Shown here: positions 38,601 to 49,492 of the stretch, in pieces
Numbering within the stretch: the first letter of the stretch is position 1
How the letters are laid out: each line of letters begins with the position of its first letter
The notes under the pieces: model-generated
Databases searched by the model: none
Seen by the model: the letters and a program-made list of their open reading frames with translations, nothing else
Told to the model about the DNA's origin: nothing
Translations under genes and position numbers: made by a program
Assembly (NCBI GenBank): GCA_047495785.1
Contig: JBLDXI010000013.1
Coordinates: 2,480,001 to 2,544,000, forward strand
Length of the DNA stretch: 64,000 nt
Source: Lepidodermella squamata
Lineage: Eukaryota; Animalia; Gastrotricha
Direction of reading: 5' to 3'

Positions 38601-40666
38601 TCGTGTTTTGTAAATCGTTCCAACAAACCGGCTAGGGTAAGTCGAGAGGTGCACCAAATCGTGCGGAAAATGACAAATTCCTCTGCATCGGCCAAGCCCT
38701 GAATCAACAAAGGCTTGAGAATTTTATCGACTTGCGCCCCGATGTAAGCACTGATGGCTAAAATCGCCATGTAAAACTCCATTCTCAGTTGCCAATCGAA
38801 TTTATCGTTCAAAAATGTGACCATATGTGACAGTAAAATGTCGCAGGTTTTTTGAAAGCCGAAAACAGTGCATAGATCAACAACTGACCCCTCGAGTAGA
38901 GAACGACGGACGATTGAACTAGAATCTGAAATTAAACCAACAACCGTGTGTTGAATCGAAGAATGCAGCAGCAGTTCATCACGCTCGTAAGACGCCAAAT
39001 CAGTACTAGCATCCCGATTCGATCGCAAAAAAAACACGGCCGTTTGAGCAAATTGGCCGACTTTCCGAGCCAAAGTCGCCCGAACCAAGGCACTTTCATC
39101 GCTAATAAGACTAGCAATTTCTGGTAGAATATACTCTGTAAAAACGGCGGCTTCGGACGGTGGAACAGTTTTGATATTTCTCAAGCTATCGGCCAGAACT
39201 GAAACCAACTCACAACGAACCAGGTAACTTGGGTCGTTGACAAAACAAATGAGAAACGGAATGATGCGTTCCAAAACAATTGAGTCCGGCAGATGCGAAC
39301 TTAATATGAAGCAAATGTTTAAATACTTCAATTTGGACTCAAGGCGGCGCAGGTTTCTTGCGCACGATAGGACCAACGGCAACAGCAAAATGGTTCCCTC
39401 ATCCCCGGCAATGTCGTCCAAAATATTTCTCCCCGGCCGAGTTATATCCGCGTGAATTTTCTCGATGATATCATCAACACAAGTCATCGGCTTTTCCAGC
39501 AACGCATCAAACAGTGGTTTCAGGGTAGTATAGAAGTACGATGGAAAAGCTTTGTCGCGAAATTGGACAAGGTATGAATCGGCTGAATCTCGCAATTGTG
39601 AATCAGCTTGAATCATATGCCGAACCATGGACTGAATTGCTGGGTCTTGAATTTTCGATAACACAGCTTCAGGGAAATATTGACCTCGTTTGAATAACAA
39701 CAGCTGCTCAAGATCAAACAAAATTTGACCTTCAGTGAAAAGCTCAGCAATAACACAGCCAGCGGAAAAAATGTCCATTTTGTGCGTGAGTTGAACGTTC
39801 CCTGGAAACTCATCGTTTCCAAGGTCTCGCCAGCCAGCAATAGACTGTTGCTGAAGTTGGCTTGCCTGATTTTGAGAAGAAGCAGGGGAAACAAATCGTT
39901 CAGGTGCCAAATAACAAGTCCTTCGGCGAGCGGTGTCAAAGAAGTAAGAAAAATCACTAGGGTTGTCCTAAAAGACATTTCAAATGATGGCAAATAAATA
40001 ATTAGTTTAGTTTAAATTTACGATAGGCAGAGACGTAGGCTTGAAATTAGCAAAGTCGCTGATTACCAACCAGTTCCAAGACGTTATGAGAACGTTTTCA
40101 GACTTGATGTCGCCATGGCAAACGTTGTGCTTTTGACATTGCTCCAATGCACATAGCAACTGGAATGCAAGCCACTTTTTCTCGATCAATGTTAAGAAAG
40201 GGCGAGTGCTGATTCTATCGTACAAGCTATACGAAAAATAAGGCCGAACCAGGTAGGCATAGCCATATCGTTCCTGGATTTTAACTTGTAAGTAGGGGCA
40301 ACAGTTTCTGCAACCCGACAGCTTCTTCTCCAGCACTGAATATCGAAGAATATTGAATGATTCATTAATAAGACGAAAACATACCATCAAGTCGCTCCTT
40401 GTAATAAGCGAGAGGGATAGAGCTATCCAAAATGATGAAGAACTTGATCACGTAGTAGCCTCCGTTCGAATCTCTGGCTCTGGCAACTTTAAGAAATCGG
40501 GTGATACCGAAGCTATACAGATCAACATTATTGATTATTCACAGCCAGTAAACAGACGAGAGACGAGAACTAACCTTTTGTCGTACTTGTACTCTTGAAT
40601 TTCCGAGAAATAGTGTTCCAAGGGTCTAATTTGAGCTGGCACGATGCCAGCCAACTGGTTCCCCAT
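35624..40666 (-). CDS. PIK3R4: Phosphoinositide 3-kinase regulatory subunit 4 / Vps15 (pseudokinase, HEAT, WD40)
   Basis: [13 protein letters not shown] start, [63 protein letters not shown]-terminal WD40 [21 protein letters not shown]. Confidence 0.95.
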
Positions 40667-41396
40667 GAAAACTTCCTTCAAATGTTTCCAATTATACTAC
40701 GCAATAAATAATAAACAAAGATATCAAAGAACTGAGAATTTCTGACAGCTAGTTCGTCGAAATGAACAGAAAAGAAACTAGAAACCTCATCGGCGGCAAC
40801 TGAAAAATAAAATTGGAACATTTCCGGCTCGACGCTCGAATTAAACCAAGCACCGAAGAGAAGCGACTGCTTTCGTCCGATTGATTTATAAGAGCCAGAA
40901 GGGATAGCCGATTCAACACGTCGAACGGTTCGATTAACATAAGGTCTAAAAGCAATCAGCCTTCGCTCTTTTCATCATCTCAGCTGACACCCTTTTTGTT
41001 TCGGACTCTCTCTCGCGTCTGTCTTTTTTTGCGCCAATAAGCTCAATCAAAATAGGTTTTGACCGTAAAATAAAATGATTTCAATGATCAATGAGTTCAT
41101 TCCATGGAAATGCTTTTTACAGACAATGAGCTAAATCCCGAAAAAATCTGGCCTTAATGGCGGGCTAGAAGGAGCGCGTGGCAAAAATGCGGAAGAAATC
41201 GCCGGTCACGAGCCCCTCGGCACGCTTGCCTTTCGTCAGTGATTTGAGCTCGCTCTCGCTTTGAGCTTTGATCTGTTTTCTGACAAGCAGCGATCGATGC
41301 AACGACTTTTTTATTACCTGTTATATTATTCTTGTCGCATCTTATATTAATAACTCTCTACTCTCTTTCTGTCCCGTAGAATTTGCTGAGAAGGAA

Positions 41397-43166
41397 ATGA
41401 CAATGGCTCGAAACAGTGATAGTGTCTTCGATCCGATATCTTCTTACATGTCGAAGCTGGTGTCAGACTATAACACGTTGCGTTTCTCTGCAAGTCGTGA
41501 ATCTTTTGAATTCTGGGATATTGTTGTTCTAACGGCGAGTAATGAGGAACAGAAGCAAGCCTTCGAAATGATGATTCAAAGTCGCCTTAATAGTAGCAAT
41601 CCATTGCCTTCTTTTGTCGACTATTTTGTTGTTGCTGATCCTCCTGGCTGCAAGGTTGGCAATGGAGGATCTACATTACACACGCTTCATGAGTTGCACT
41701 GCAAGTTTGGCGATAAACTATTCAGTAGCCGAGTCCTGCTAATGCATTGTGGAGGCCAAAGTCAAAGGCTTCCTTCTGCATCTATTCTTGGTAAAATATT
41801 TTCCCCACTGCCGACTGGCCAGCCTATCTTCGAATTTATCGACATAAAGTTATGCAATTACCTGCCATTTATCAAAAATATGAAACCCGGCGTGTTTCTC
41901 GTACCGTGCGATGACGTACAACCTCTTTGTCTCCGTGAGCCTTTTCTACCTGAAAATTGCGCATTCAACAAGAGTGGCTTCTCTGTTGTGGCCCATCCAT
42001 CGACTCTTGAGATCGGAACAAAGCATGGTGTCTATGTTTTGCCCATTGATAGTCTTGTTGACGAGTATGTCGACTTGGTTCCCGTGAAGAGAGTACTTCA
42101 GAAACCAACCGTCACTGCCATGCGGAAGGCTAATGCAATTTTGCACAATACCAGCGGCAAAGAGTTCTGTTATTCTGACAGTACCTTCTATTTTTGTCAT
42201 TCGATTTCGCAAAAACTGCTGAAGTTTTATCACCAAGAAGCTCCCTTGACATGCGAAATCGATTCTTACGGCGACTTCTTACAATGTCTTGGCCCGCTCG
42301 CAACCTCTGACTACGTTACAGACGACCGTAATGTTTCTTCTGTCTCTTCTACCCTCCAACAAACTAGACTTCGCGTTTATGATCTCCTCCACAACGAACC
42401 TGTTAACGCTTTGGTATTGCACAAGTCGGCCTATATTCACTTTGGGACCATGCCCGAATACATCAACAATATGGTTGACGCTGATTATATTTTGAGCAAA
42501 GCTCATTCTAGCAATCCTGGCCTTCGTCACTTCTTTGAGCCCTACCATCCGAATGCCCTGAAAATTACCTTAGTAGACTCATTCTTGCATTCCGCCTTTA
42601 AATGTGACATGTCTGCTTGCATCATGCGAAGTGTGGTTGGTCCCAATGTTAACATTCATGCCCCATGTGTTGTCATTGAATATTCGTTTTTGACCTCTCG
42701 TTTGTGCATCGAATCGGAATGTATCATCAGCCAATGCTTCTGGCGAAATTCTAGTGAAAGCTTGAAAATTCCTTCTGGTTTGTTTTTGTATACCTTGGCA
42801 ATCCGTGGAGGCTTGTTTGCCACTGTCGCATTTGGTGTCTACGATGATTTGAAATACTCTGTTGCTGGTTGTGACTTGAAATATCTGAATAGCAACGTAA
42901 CATACGGTTCGGTTGCGAAAGCTCATAATATAACGAATTCTGTGGAAACGAAGCTCAATCTTTGGAATGCTAAATTATTCCGCGCATTTGCGACACCGGA
43001 CGAGGCTTTTTCTCAAACAGTAAACTTTGTCAATTCCGCACTTGCTCTACATGGAGACAAGGCTGACAGCGGGAGCTCACCCGGCGAATATTTCAGCATC
43101 GCTGAACTCTTAGCAATGAGTGATGTCAAAGAAACTATCAAGCTTCGCCAAGCTACTCAAATCTAA
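41397..43166 (+). CDS. FPGT: Fucose-1-phosphate guanylyltransferase (single exon)
   Basis: FWDIVVLTA, DPPGCKVGNGGSTL, HCGGQSQRLPSASILGKIFSPLP, IGTKHGVYVL, CEIDSYGDFLQCLG, HFGTMPEY. Confidence 0.92.
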   Translation: MTMARNSDSVFDPISSYMSKLVSDYNTLRFSASRESFEFWDIVVLTASNEEQKQAFEMMIQSRLNSSNPLPSFVDYFVVADPPGCKVGNGGSTLHTLHELHCKFGDKLFSSRVLLMHCGGQSQRLPSASILGKIFSPLPTGQPIFEFIDIKLCNYLPFIKNMKPGVFLVPCDDVQPLCLREPFLPENCAFNKSGFSVVAHPSTLEIGTKHGVYVLPIDSLVDEYVDLVPVKRVLQKPTVTAMRKANAILHNTSGKEFCYSDSTFYFCHSISQKLLKFYHQEAPLTCEIDSYGDFLQCLGPLATSDYVTDDRNVSSVSSTLQQTRLRVYDLLHNEPVNALVLHKSAYIHFGTMPEYINNMVDADYILSKAHSSNPGLRHFFEPYHPNALKITLVDSFLHSAFKCDMSACIMRSVVGPNVNIHAPCVVIEYSFLTSRLCIESECIISQCFWRNSSESLKIPSGLFLYTLAIRGGLFATVAFGVYDDLKYSVAGCDLKYLNSNVTYGSVAKAHNITNSVETKLNLWNAKLFRAFATPDEAFSQTVNFVNSALALHGDKADSGSSPGEYFSIAELLAMSDVKETIKLRQATQI

Positions 43167-43297
43167 TTTATGCATTGACAATCCATGTCTGGCTGTGCCT
43201 TTCAGACTTGTACTAACTTATTTTTCTTGGTGTTGTCTTTATGGAGAAAAGCAACTAAATTAGTTTGATTTTATATTCTTAATTTTTCATTATAGGA

Positions 43298-45622
43298 ATG
43301 AATTTTATTTACGTTGCTGCCCTTTTGTTGGCGGTTGGCTACGTGAAAGCCGCGGAACGTACCCTAATCTTGGTCGACAACTGGGGTATTCGTGAAACCC
43401 ATTCTCAATACTTCAAATTTCTGAAAGGTACGAGATTTCACATATATTTTATGAATATTCATGAAACGTAAAATTAAATGATGGTTGTGAACAATCTCTG
43501 AATGCTCTTATGATTACGAACTTTATATTATGCTGATAAATCTAAAGTTTTGCACCTTTTTCCATAATTATTTTCGCTCTGCTAAGAAGTTTTTTGTCTT
43601 ATCAGATTCTGGCTTCGAACTGACCTTCAAGACTGCTGATGACAAGTCGATCAATTTGTTCAAGTACGGCGAGCGCAGCTACGACCACCTCATCCTGTTC
43701 TGCCCCTCAGTCCAGGAATTCGGCAATTCGCTGACCGTCCAAGATCTGTCTGCCTTCGTTGACCAGGGTGGCAACGTGATCGTTGGCGCAAATTCTCAAA
43801 TCGAAGATCAAATTCGCGAGTTCGGTTCTGAATGCGGTGTCGAATTCGATGAAGGCAAGACCGCTGTTATCGATCATTTGTCCTACTCGCTGCCGACCAC
43901 CACCGGAACTTCGATCCCTGACGATGGCCGCCACACCCTGGTTGTCGCTGAATCGAACCAGCTCATCAACTCTGACCTCATTGTCGGCAAACCGAGCGGC
44001 GCTCCTCTCCTCTACCGAGGCGTTGGTTTGGTCGCTGATAGCGAAAATCCTCTCGTCTACCCGGTTCTCCGCGCTTCAGCCACCTCTTACTCGTACAATC
44101 CCGACCAGGTAATTTTCTAGTTGGATTAAATTTATGTTTGAGGTGTTTTAACGATGAGTTGAACAATCTTTGATAAAACGATGATTTCTAAAAATGTCTG
44201 ATCTGAAAAACTACAAAAAATTATTCATGAAAAACAAGTTTTAAGGGTCGAGTTTTTAATTTTGAAATTTCGCTTTTTTCAGGCCATCTCTGATTTCCCG
44301 CTCGGTGTTGGCAAGAACATGCTCCTGATTGCTGCCCTCCAGGCTCGTAACAACGCCCGCGTCGTTCTGTCCGGCTCCATTGAATTTTTCTCGGACGCTT
44401 TCTTCGCTAGCTCGGTCCACAAATCCGGCGACGTTAAAACGTAATTTTTTGTTGCAATTATCATATTTTTGCTATACCTATTTACATGATGGTTGTGAAC
44501 AATCTCTGATCGTAGAATTGATTACGAACTTTTAAAAATTCTGATAAATTATTAAATTATTGCAAATTTGAGGAAGTTTTCAACCGGAAATGATAGAAAT
44601 ATTATATATTTTTCAGCCACGAGAAGTCTGGCAATGAGCAAGTTGCCAGGTCTGTCACCATGTGGGCCTTCAAGCAGTCCGGTGTTCTTCGTTACGGAAA
44701 CGTCCATCACCACCTAGTCACCGAGAAGACCACCCCGAAGGAGTACACGATCAACGACGACGTCGAATATACCATCGATATCGAACGCCTGGTTGACGGA
44801 AAATGGTCTCCCCTCGAAGCCACCGATGTCCAGCTCGAGTTCATCCGCATCGACCCGTTTGTCCGCACCGTTCTGAAGCGCAACGGCAAGACCTTCTCGG
44901 CTCGTTTCAAGCTGCCTGACGTTTATGGCGTGTTCAAATTCTCGGTCGAATACAACCGCGTCGGCTACACGTTCCTCAACTCAGTTACTCAGGTTAGTTG
45001 CATGAAAAAACGCCACGTGATGCTGTACTTTGCCCTCATAAATGCGTGTTTTTTCTTTCACGTGAATGGAATACATATCATTCAGAAAAAAGTGCTGTGG
45101 CTTTCTAGAATAAATACTCTATTCTTATCAGACCAAGTCCAGTGTTTGCTCAAGGCTAGCATAATTAAGCGTATAATCTAGTTGATTGTTTCAGAATGTT
45201 AGGTTCGCCATGATTTGTGGCTTATTTTTCAAGGCGTAGTTATCACACAATTAAAAATTAGTCGCGTGCCTTTGTGGCGCAGCTTCTTCAACAAAAAATG
45301 TACTCGTCCTAGTTCAAGACAGCATTATGTAATTCATCCTAACCTTTTAAAAGGGAGGAACCTCGTGCGGTATATTCAGTTATCATTTAAGGTATTCAAT
45401 TTTAGTAGTAGTAGTAGCAATAGCTCATTCACCGCATTTATATTATTTCATACTATTTTATAGGTGTCGGTCCGCCCGTTCACGCATCTGCAGTATGAGC
45501 GCTTCATTCCATGCGCCTACCCGTACTACGCATCGGCATTCTCCATGATGGGCGGTGTTGTTCTGCTCTCCCTGGTTTTCCTGCACTACCGCGAACCGAC
45601 GGCCAAGCCGAAAGCCGAGTAA
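43298..45622 (+). CDS. DDOST: Oligosaccharyltransferase 48 kDa subunit (exons 43298-43427, 43606-44108, 44283-44440, 44617-44992, 45464-45622)
   Basis: Signal peptide, [77 protein letters not shown] end. Confidence 0.96.
43472..43541 (+). ncRNA. Box C/D snoRNA, copy 1 (DDOST intron 1)
   Basis: C box ATGATGG 43478, guide GTGAACAATCT, D' CTGA 43498, C' ATGATT, D CTGA 43533. The guide is complementary to conserved 28S GGAUUGUUCAC. Confidence 0.85.
44145..44211 (+). ncRNA. Box C/D snoRNA, divergent dual-guide copy (DDOST intron 2)
   Basis: Terminal stem GTTTT/AAAAC, C-like ACGATGA, guide TGAACAATCT + D' TTGA, second guide AAATGTCTGA(T) + D CTGA 44203. Confidence 0.8.
44480..44549 (+). ncRNA. 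Box C/D snoRNA, copy 3 (DDOST intron 3)
   Basis: Stem ATTTA/TAAAT, C box 44486, ATGATGGTTGTGAACAATCTCTGA identical to copy 1, shared TGATTACGAACTTT, D CTGA 44541. Confidence 0.85.
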
Positions 45623-45925
45623 AAGCTCGCAGTGCAGTTTATTGTGTAACTACTAGTTTCATTACATGCGCGAAGACGATGCTTCATGAAAAACTTTTTT
45701 CCCGTCGATGAGCGCTTTTATGCTATTATGGTGAATATTCGGTTGGTGTCTGAATGTGTTATTATTATTATTATGTTCCGGGTTGTGCTCTAACGCATGC
45801 TTTATCTTGTCGATTGCCAAAAATTTTCGTTTGTGAAACAAACTAAACTGCTGTGACAACAATGAAACGAAAAATTTGAGTTGTGGAATTTCAAGGAGGA
45901 TTTTTCATTTCATAGTGCGTTAAAA

Positions 45926-47360
45926 ATGGCTGAGGCTTACGTTACTCTGGCAACGAATGATTCGTACGCATTCGGAGCTGCTACCCTGGCTGCTTCATTG
46001 CGCCGAACTGGAACCACCCGCGCCATTGTCTGCCTGGTAACGACGGGCGTTTCGCCGTTGATGCGCGTTTGCCTCGAGCGATTTTTCGACCGACTGGTCT
46101 ACGTCGATGTTTTCGACTCGAAAGACGCGGCCAATCTAGCTCTCCTCGGCCGCCCTGAGCTCGGATGCACGTTCACGAAATTGTCGTGCTGGCGCTTGAC
46201 TGACTATCAGAAAGCTGTCTTCCTCGATGCCGACACCCTGGTGCTAACAAACATTGACGACCTCTTCCAGCGCGAGGAATTATCCGCCTCTCCTGACCTC
46301 GGTTGGCCCGATTGTTTCAACTCGGGCGTGTTTGTCTTCAAGCCCAGTGAGACGACGTACCAGAAGTTGGTCGAATTCGCCGCGAGCCATGGTAGCTTCG
46401 ACGGTGGTGACCAGGGTCTGCTGAACTCGTTTTTCGGCGACTGGGCCCACACTGACATCGGCCGCCACCTGCCGTACGTCTACAACACGGCGTTCATGGC
46501 CGCCCCGTACAGCTACTTGCCGGCTCTGAAGCACTTCTTCACGAATCTGAAGGTGATTCACTTTTTGGGCGCGCTCAAGCCTTGGTTGTTGCCGACGGAT
46601 GCGAGTGGCAACCCGCTCATTCCGCCCAATCTTGACATGCACGAGTACTCGAAGAAACTCGTCAGTGCATGGTGGGATGTCTACAACGTTGACGTCAAGC
46701 ACCGCCTAGCCGAGGTTTGTCTCTAAAAAATGTTTCATTTCATCCAGAAATTTTACATTTCATTACTTGAATTCATGATTAGACATATCCAGCCACAAAG
46801 GTAAAGAGGGCTATTTGTAGTGACGTCTTTTGCTTGCATGGCTATTAAATTTGCATTTTTGAAGGTGGACTTTTTTTAGCTTGAATTAATTTTAGCAATA
46901 ATATCCCGACTAATTTTGCTTGCTTTTGCTTGTATGATATAATTCCTTTGTTAATTGTCAGTTTCATTTCCAGGGCGTCCAAATCAGCAGCAGCACGGAA
47001 GGATCGGTTTTCAGCGCCGCTGCTCAGGGTCACGCTCTATCGCCCGAGGAAGAGGATCGTCTGCACCGTGCCGCGTGGGAATCCGGCTATGTTGAATTCG
47101 GCGGTCGCGACTCTTTCCACAACATCAAGTCTCACATTGACACGGTCATGGCGAAACCAGGCCCGGCCCCGACTTCGCGCCCGACCTCGGCGACCGCCGC
47201 AGCACCGGCTGCCGCTGCTGCGCCGAAGCCGGCGGCAGCTGCTCCTGCGGCCGCGAAACCAACTACCGCTGCCCCTGCCGCAAAACCGACGACCGCTGCT
47301 CCTGCGACAAAACCGACGTCCGCTGCACCTGCTAAGCCGGCCGATCCCAAGAAGAAATAA
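45926..47360 (+). CDS. GYG1: Glycogenin (exons 45926-46714, possible microexon 46783-46800, 46973-47360)
   Basis: AYVTLATNDSY, RPELGCTFTKL, FLDADT, GWPDCFNSG, SFDGGDQGLLN, YSYLPA (autoglucosylated Tyr), glycogen-synthase-binding WESGYVEFGGRDSFHNIKSHID. Confidence 0.95.
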
Positions 47361-49492
47361 ATAAAGCCACACCGAAATTCGAAAATAATTGAATCGAACT
47401 TGGTCGCATAAAACCAAAGAAAACTTGAATGTTGAAAATTATGTTATGATTAAAATATATATGATATAATATAAATGTGCATCCCGTGAGATATATTTAT
47501 GAGAAGAGCTGAGTAAAATTTGCTCGGAACATCATGGGGGTGTTTGGCTGGTCATGAATCACCGAGCAAATGATTTATTACTACAAAGATATTGTTGTTC
47601 CCGTGTATTTTTTCATTAAAAAATTTGTCCGGTAGCAGTTTTCTTGAAAACTCTAAACCCGTGTCGTTCTTCCAAGCTCTTAACCGTTGCTTTGCTGCAT
47701 CGAAAAAGTGCACTGTTGAAACCAATCCCGGTACATTGGTCACTGCTATGCTGTCTCAAACTAGCTCAAGCAAAATTAGTGAGTGACATTATTTACTGTA
47801 AAATCTTGTACGACTCATTTGAAATTGATGGTTGGTTTTTGTTTTGTTTATCAATAAAGCGCTTTTCTCAAGTATTATATGTCGATGGAAAAATTATGAT
47901 GAAACCTGGTGGATCATTATTGCTTTCCAATGTTCTGTACCTCCTGCGACCTACGCCAAAAATACCTGTTACTTGTGCCTACTCGTAGTAATGATATTCC
48001 GCCATATGGAATCAACGACTTAGACGCTTCATAAAATTGAATGAAAATCTGAATTGCCCCGTTTCTATGAAATCATTGCATTGGCACTTGGAAAATAAAC
48101 TATGCAACGTAACAACGCGTGTTGGTTTGTTTTGATAAAACGCAGTTGAAGAAAAATTCAAGAAGGAAGCTGAAGGCATGTGACATGCGGACGGATACAG
48201 AACCAAACCGGTTTTTTGCCCGAAAACATCGCGGAGAAGATTATCGCTTTCGATTTATCATTATTTTTATTTTTAATGCAGAGGTCGCTCTCAGTATTTG
48301 AATATTCGTATTCCAAGGCTCAGGCAAAAAATCACGTGGCGTCACATGTTCGTCCGTCACGTGACTGAAGGAATCGGAATTTGTATGAAAAAAATTAAGA
48401 CGTGGGCTGTGATTCAAGCCCTTATGCCCACTTACCAAGGGCCCGAATCGATTGCCGCGTCTCAAAGGAGGAGGACGAGCTAGCAGTCTTTGAGACGGAA
48501 GACAGAAAATAAAGTATTTTCACATGCCAGCTCGGCTTTGGAGGTAGATGTTCGCCGTCTTTGCATTTTACGCTTCGACTGCCAAGTTTTCAAGCGAGCT
48601 TATTTTGTCCGTAAAGAGTTTTGCGTGAAATGGCTTTTCGTCATTTTCTGACTGGGATCAATTTTTTGATGAAGCAGATGGGCTTTTCAGGACTTGGCCG
48701 TTGATGCATCGCCACACCTGTATCCCCAGATGGACATGGCGTTTCTCCTCATATCAGTTTCGCAATTCGCAATTCGCAATTCGCAATTCAGTTCGTTTCG
48801 CATTAAATTTATACTGGCAGTTCTTCCAGCTTTTATTACGTAGTCACATGACTTGGGTAAATTATCAACATAGAGAAATATTTTTTAGCTGCAGCGCCTA
48901 GTTGTGCAATTTTGTTTCATGATAACATCTTTTTTATTCTTTTAGGTTTCAAACTCAGCGCATCGATGGTTGACAACAAGGCAGCGTGCAATGAAGGTAA
49001 TTATCTGCAAAAGTTGAGCACACTTTAAATTATTTGTGTGCTCGGCTATGCTCATCTAGGCTAGGTTGACAAATCTACGTGTTCAGCCCTATAACCTGAC
49101 GGGCGGTGGAAATAACCTCAGTAATTGCGTCCTGACGGCCGATTCGTGTTTAATAGCTCGTTAGAAATGTTCGAAGCGTTTTTTTGCTCGAGTTATTTGC
49201 GTGGGTATAACCATCATGCGACGCTGGAAGAGCTGTAACAAAAAACGATGGAGCCTGTTAAAACGGCGTTGTTTCTTGTTTCTCTCCGCCGTCTAATTAT
49301 AGCCCGAGAGTGCGCGAATATTCACTGCCGCCGTACACAAGCGGGTTAATGTAAGCTAGTTTGATGACAATGCAACGCAGTCTTATTAATATGAAGAGAT
49401 AATAAAAAATACAGCTAAATAATTGAAGTAGAGTATTGTAAAATATTTCGAGCCGGAATAAATTCTTGCTTTAAAAGCGTCTGCGAATTATA

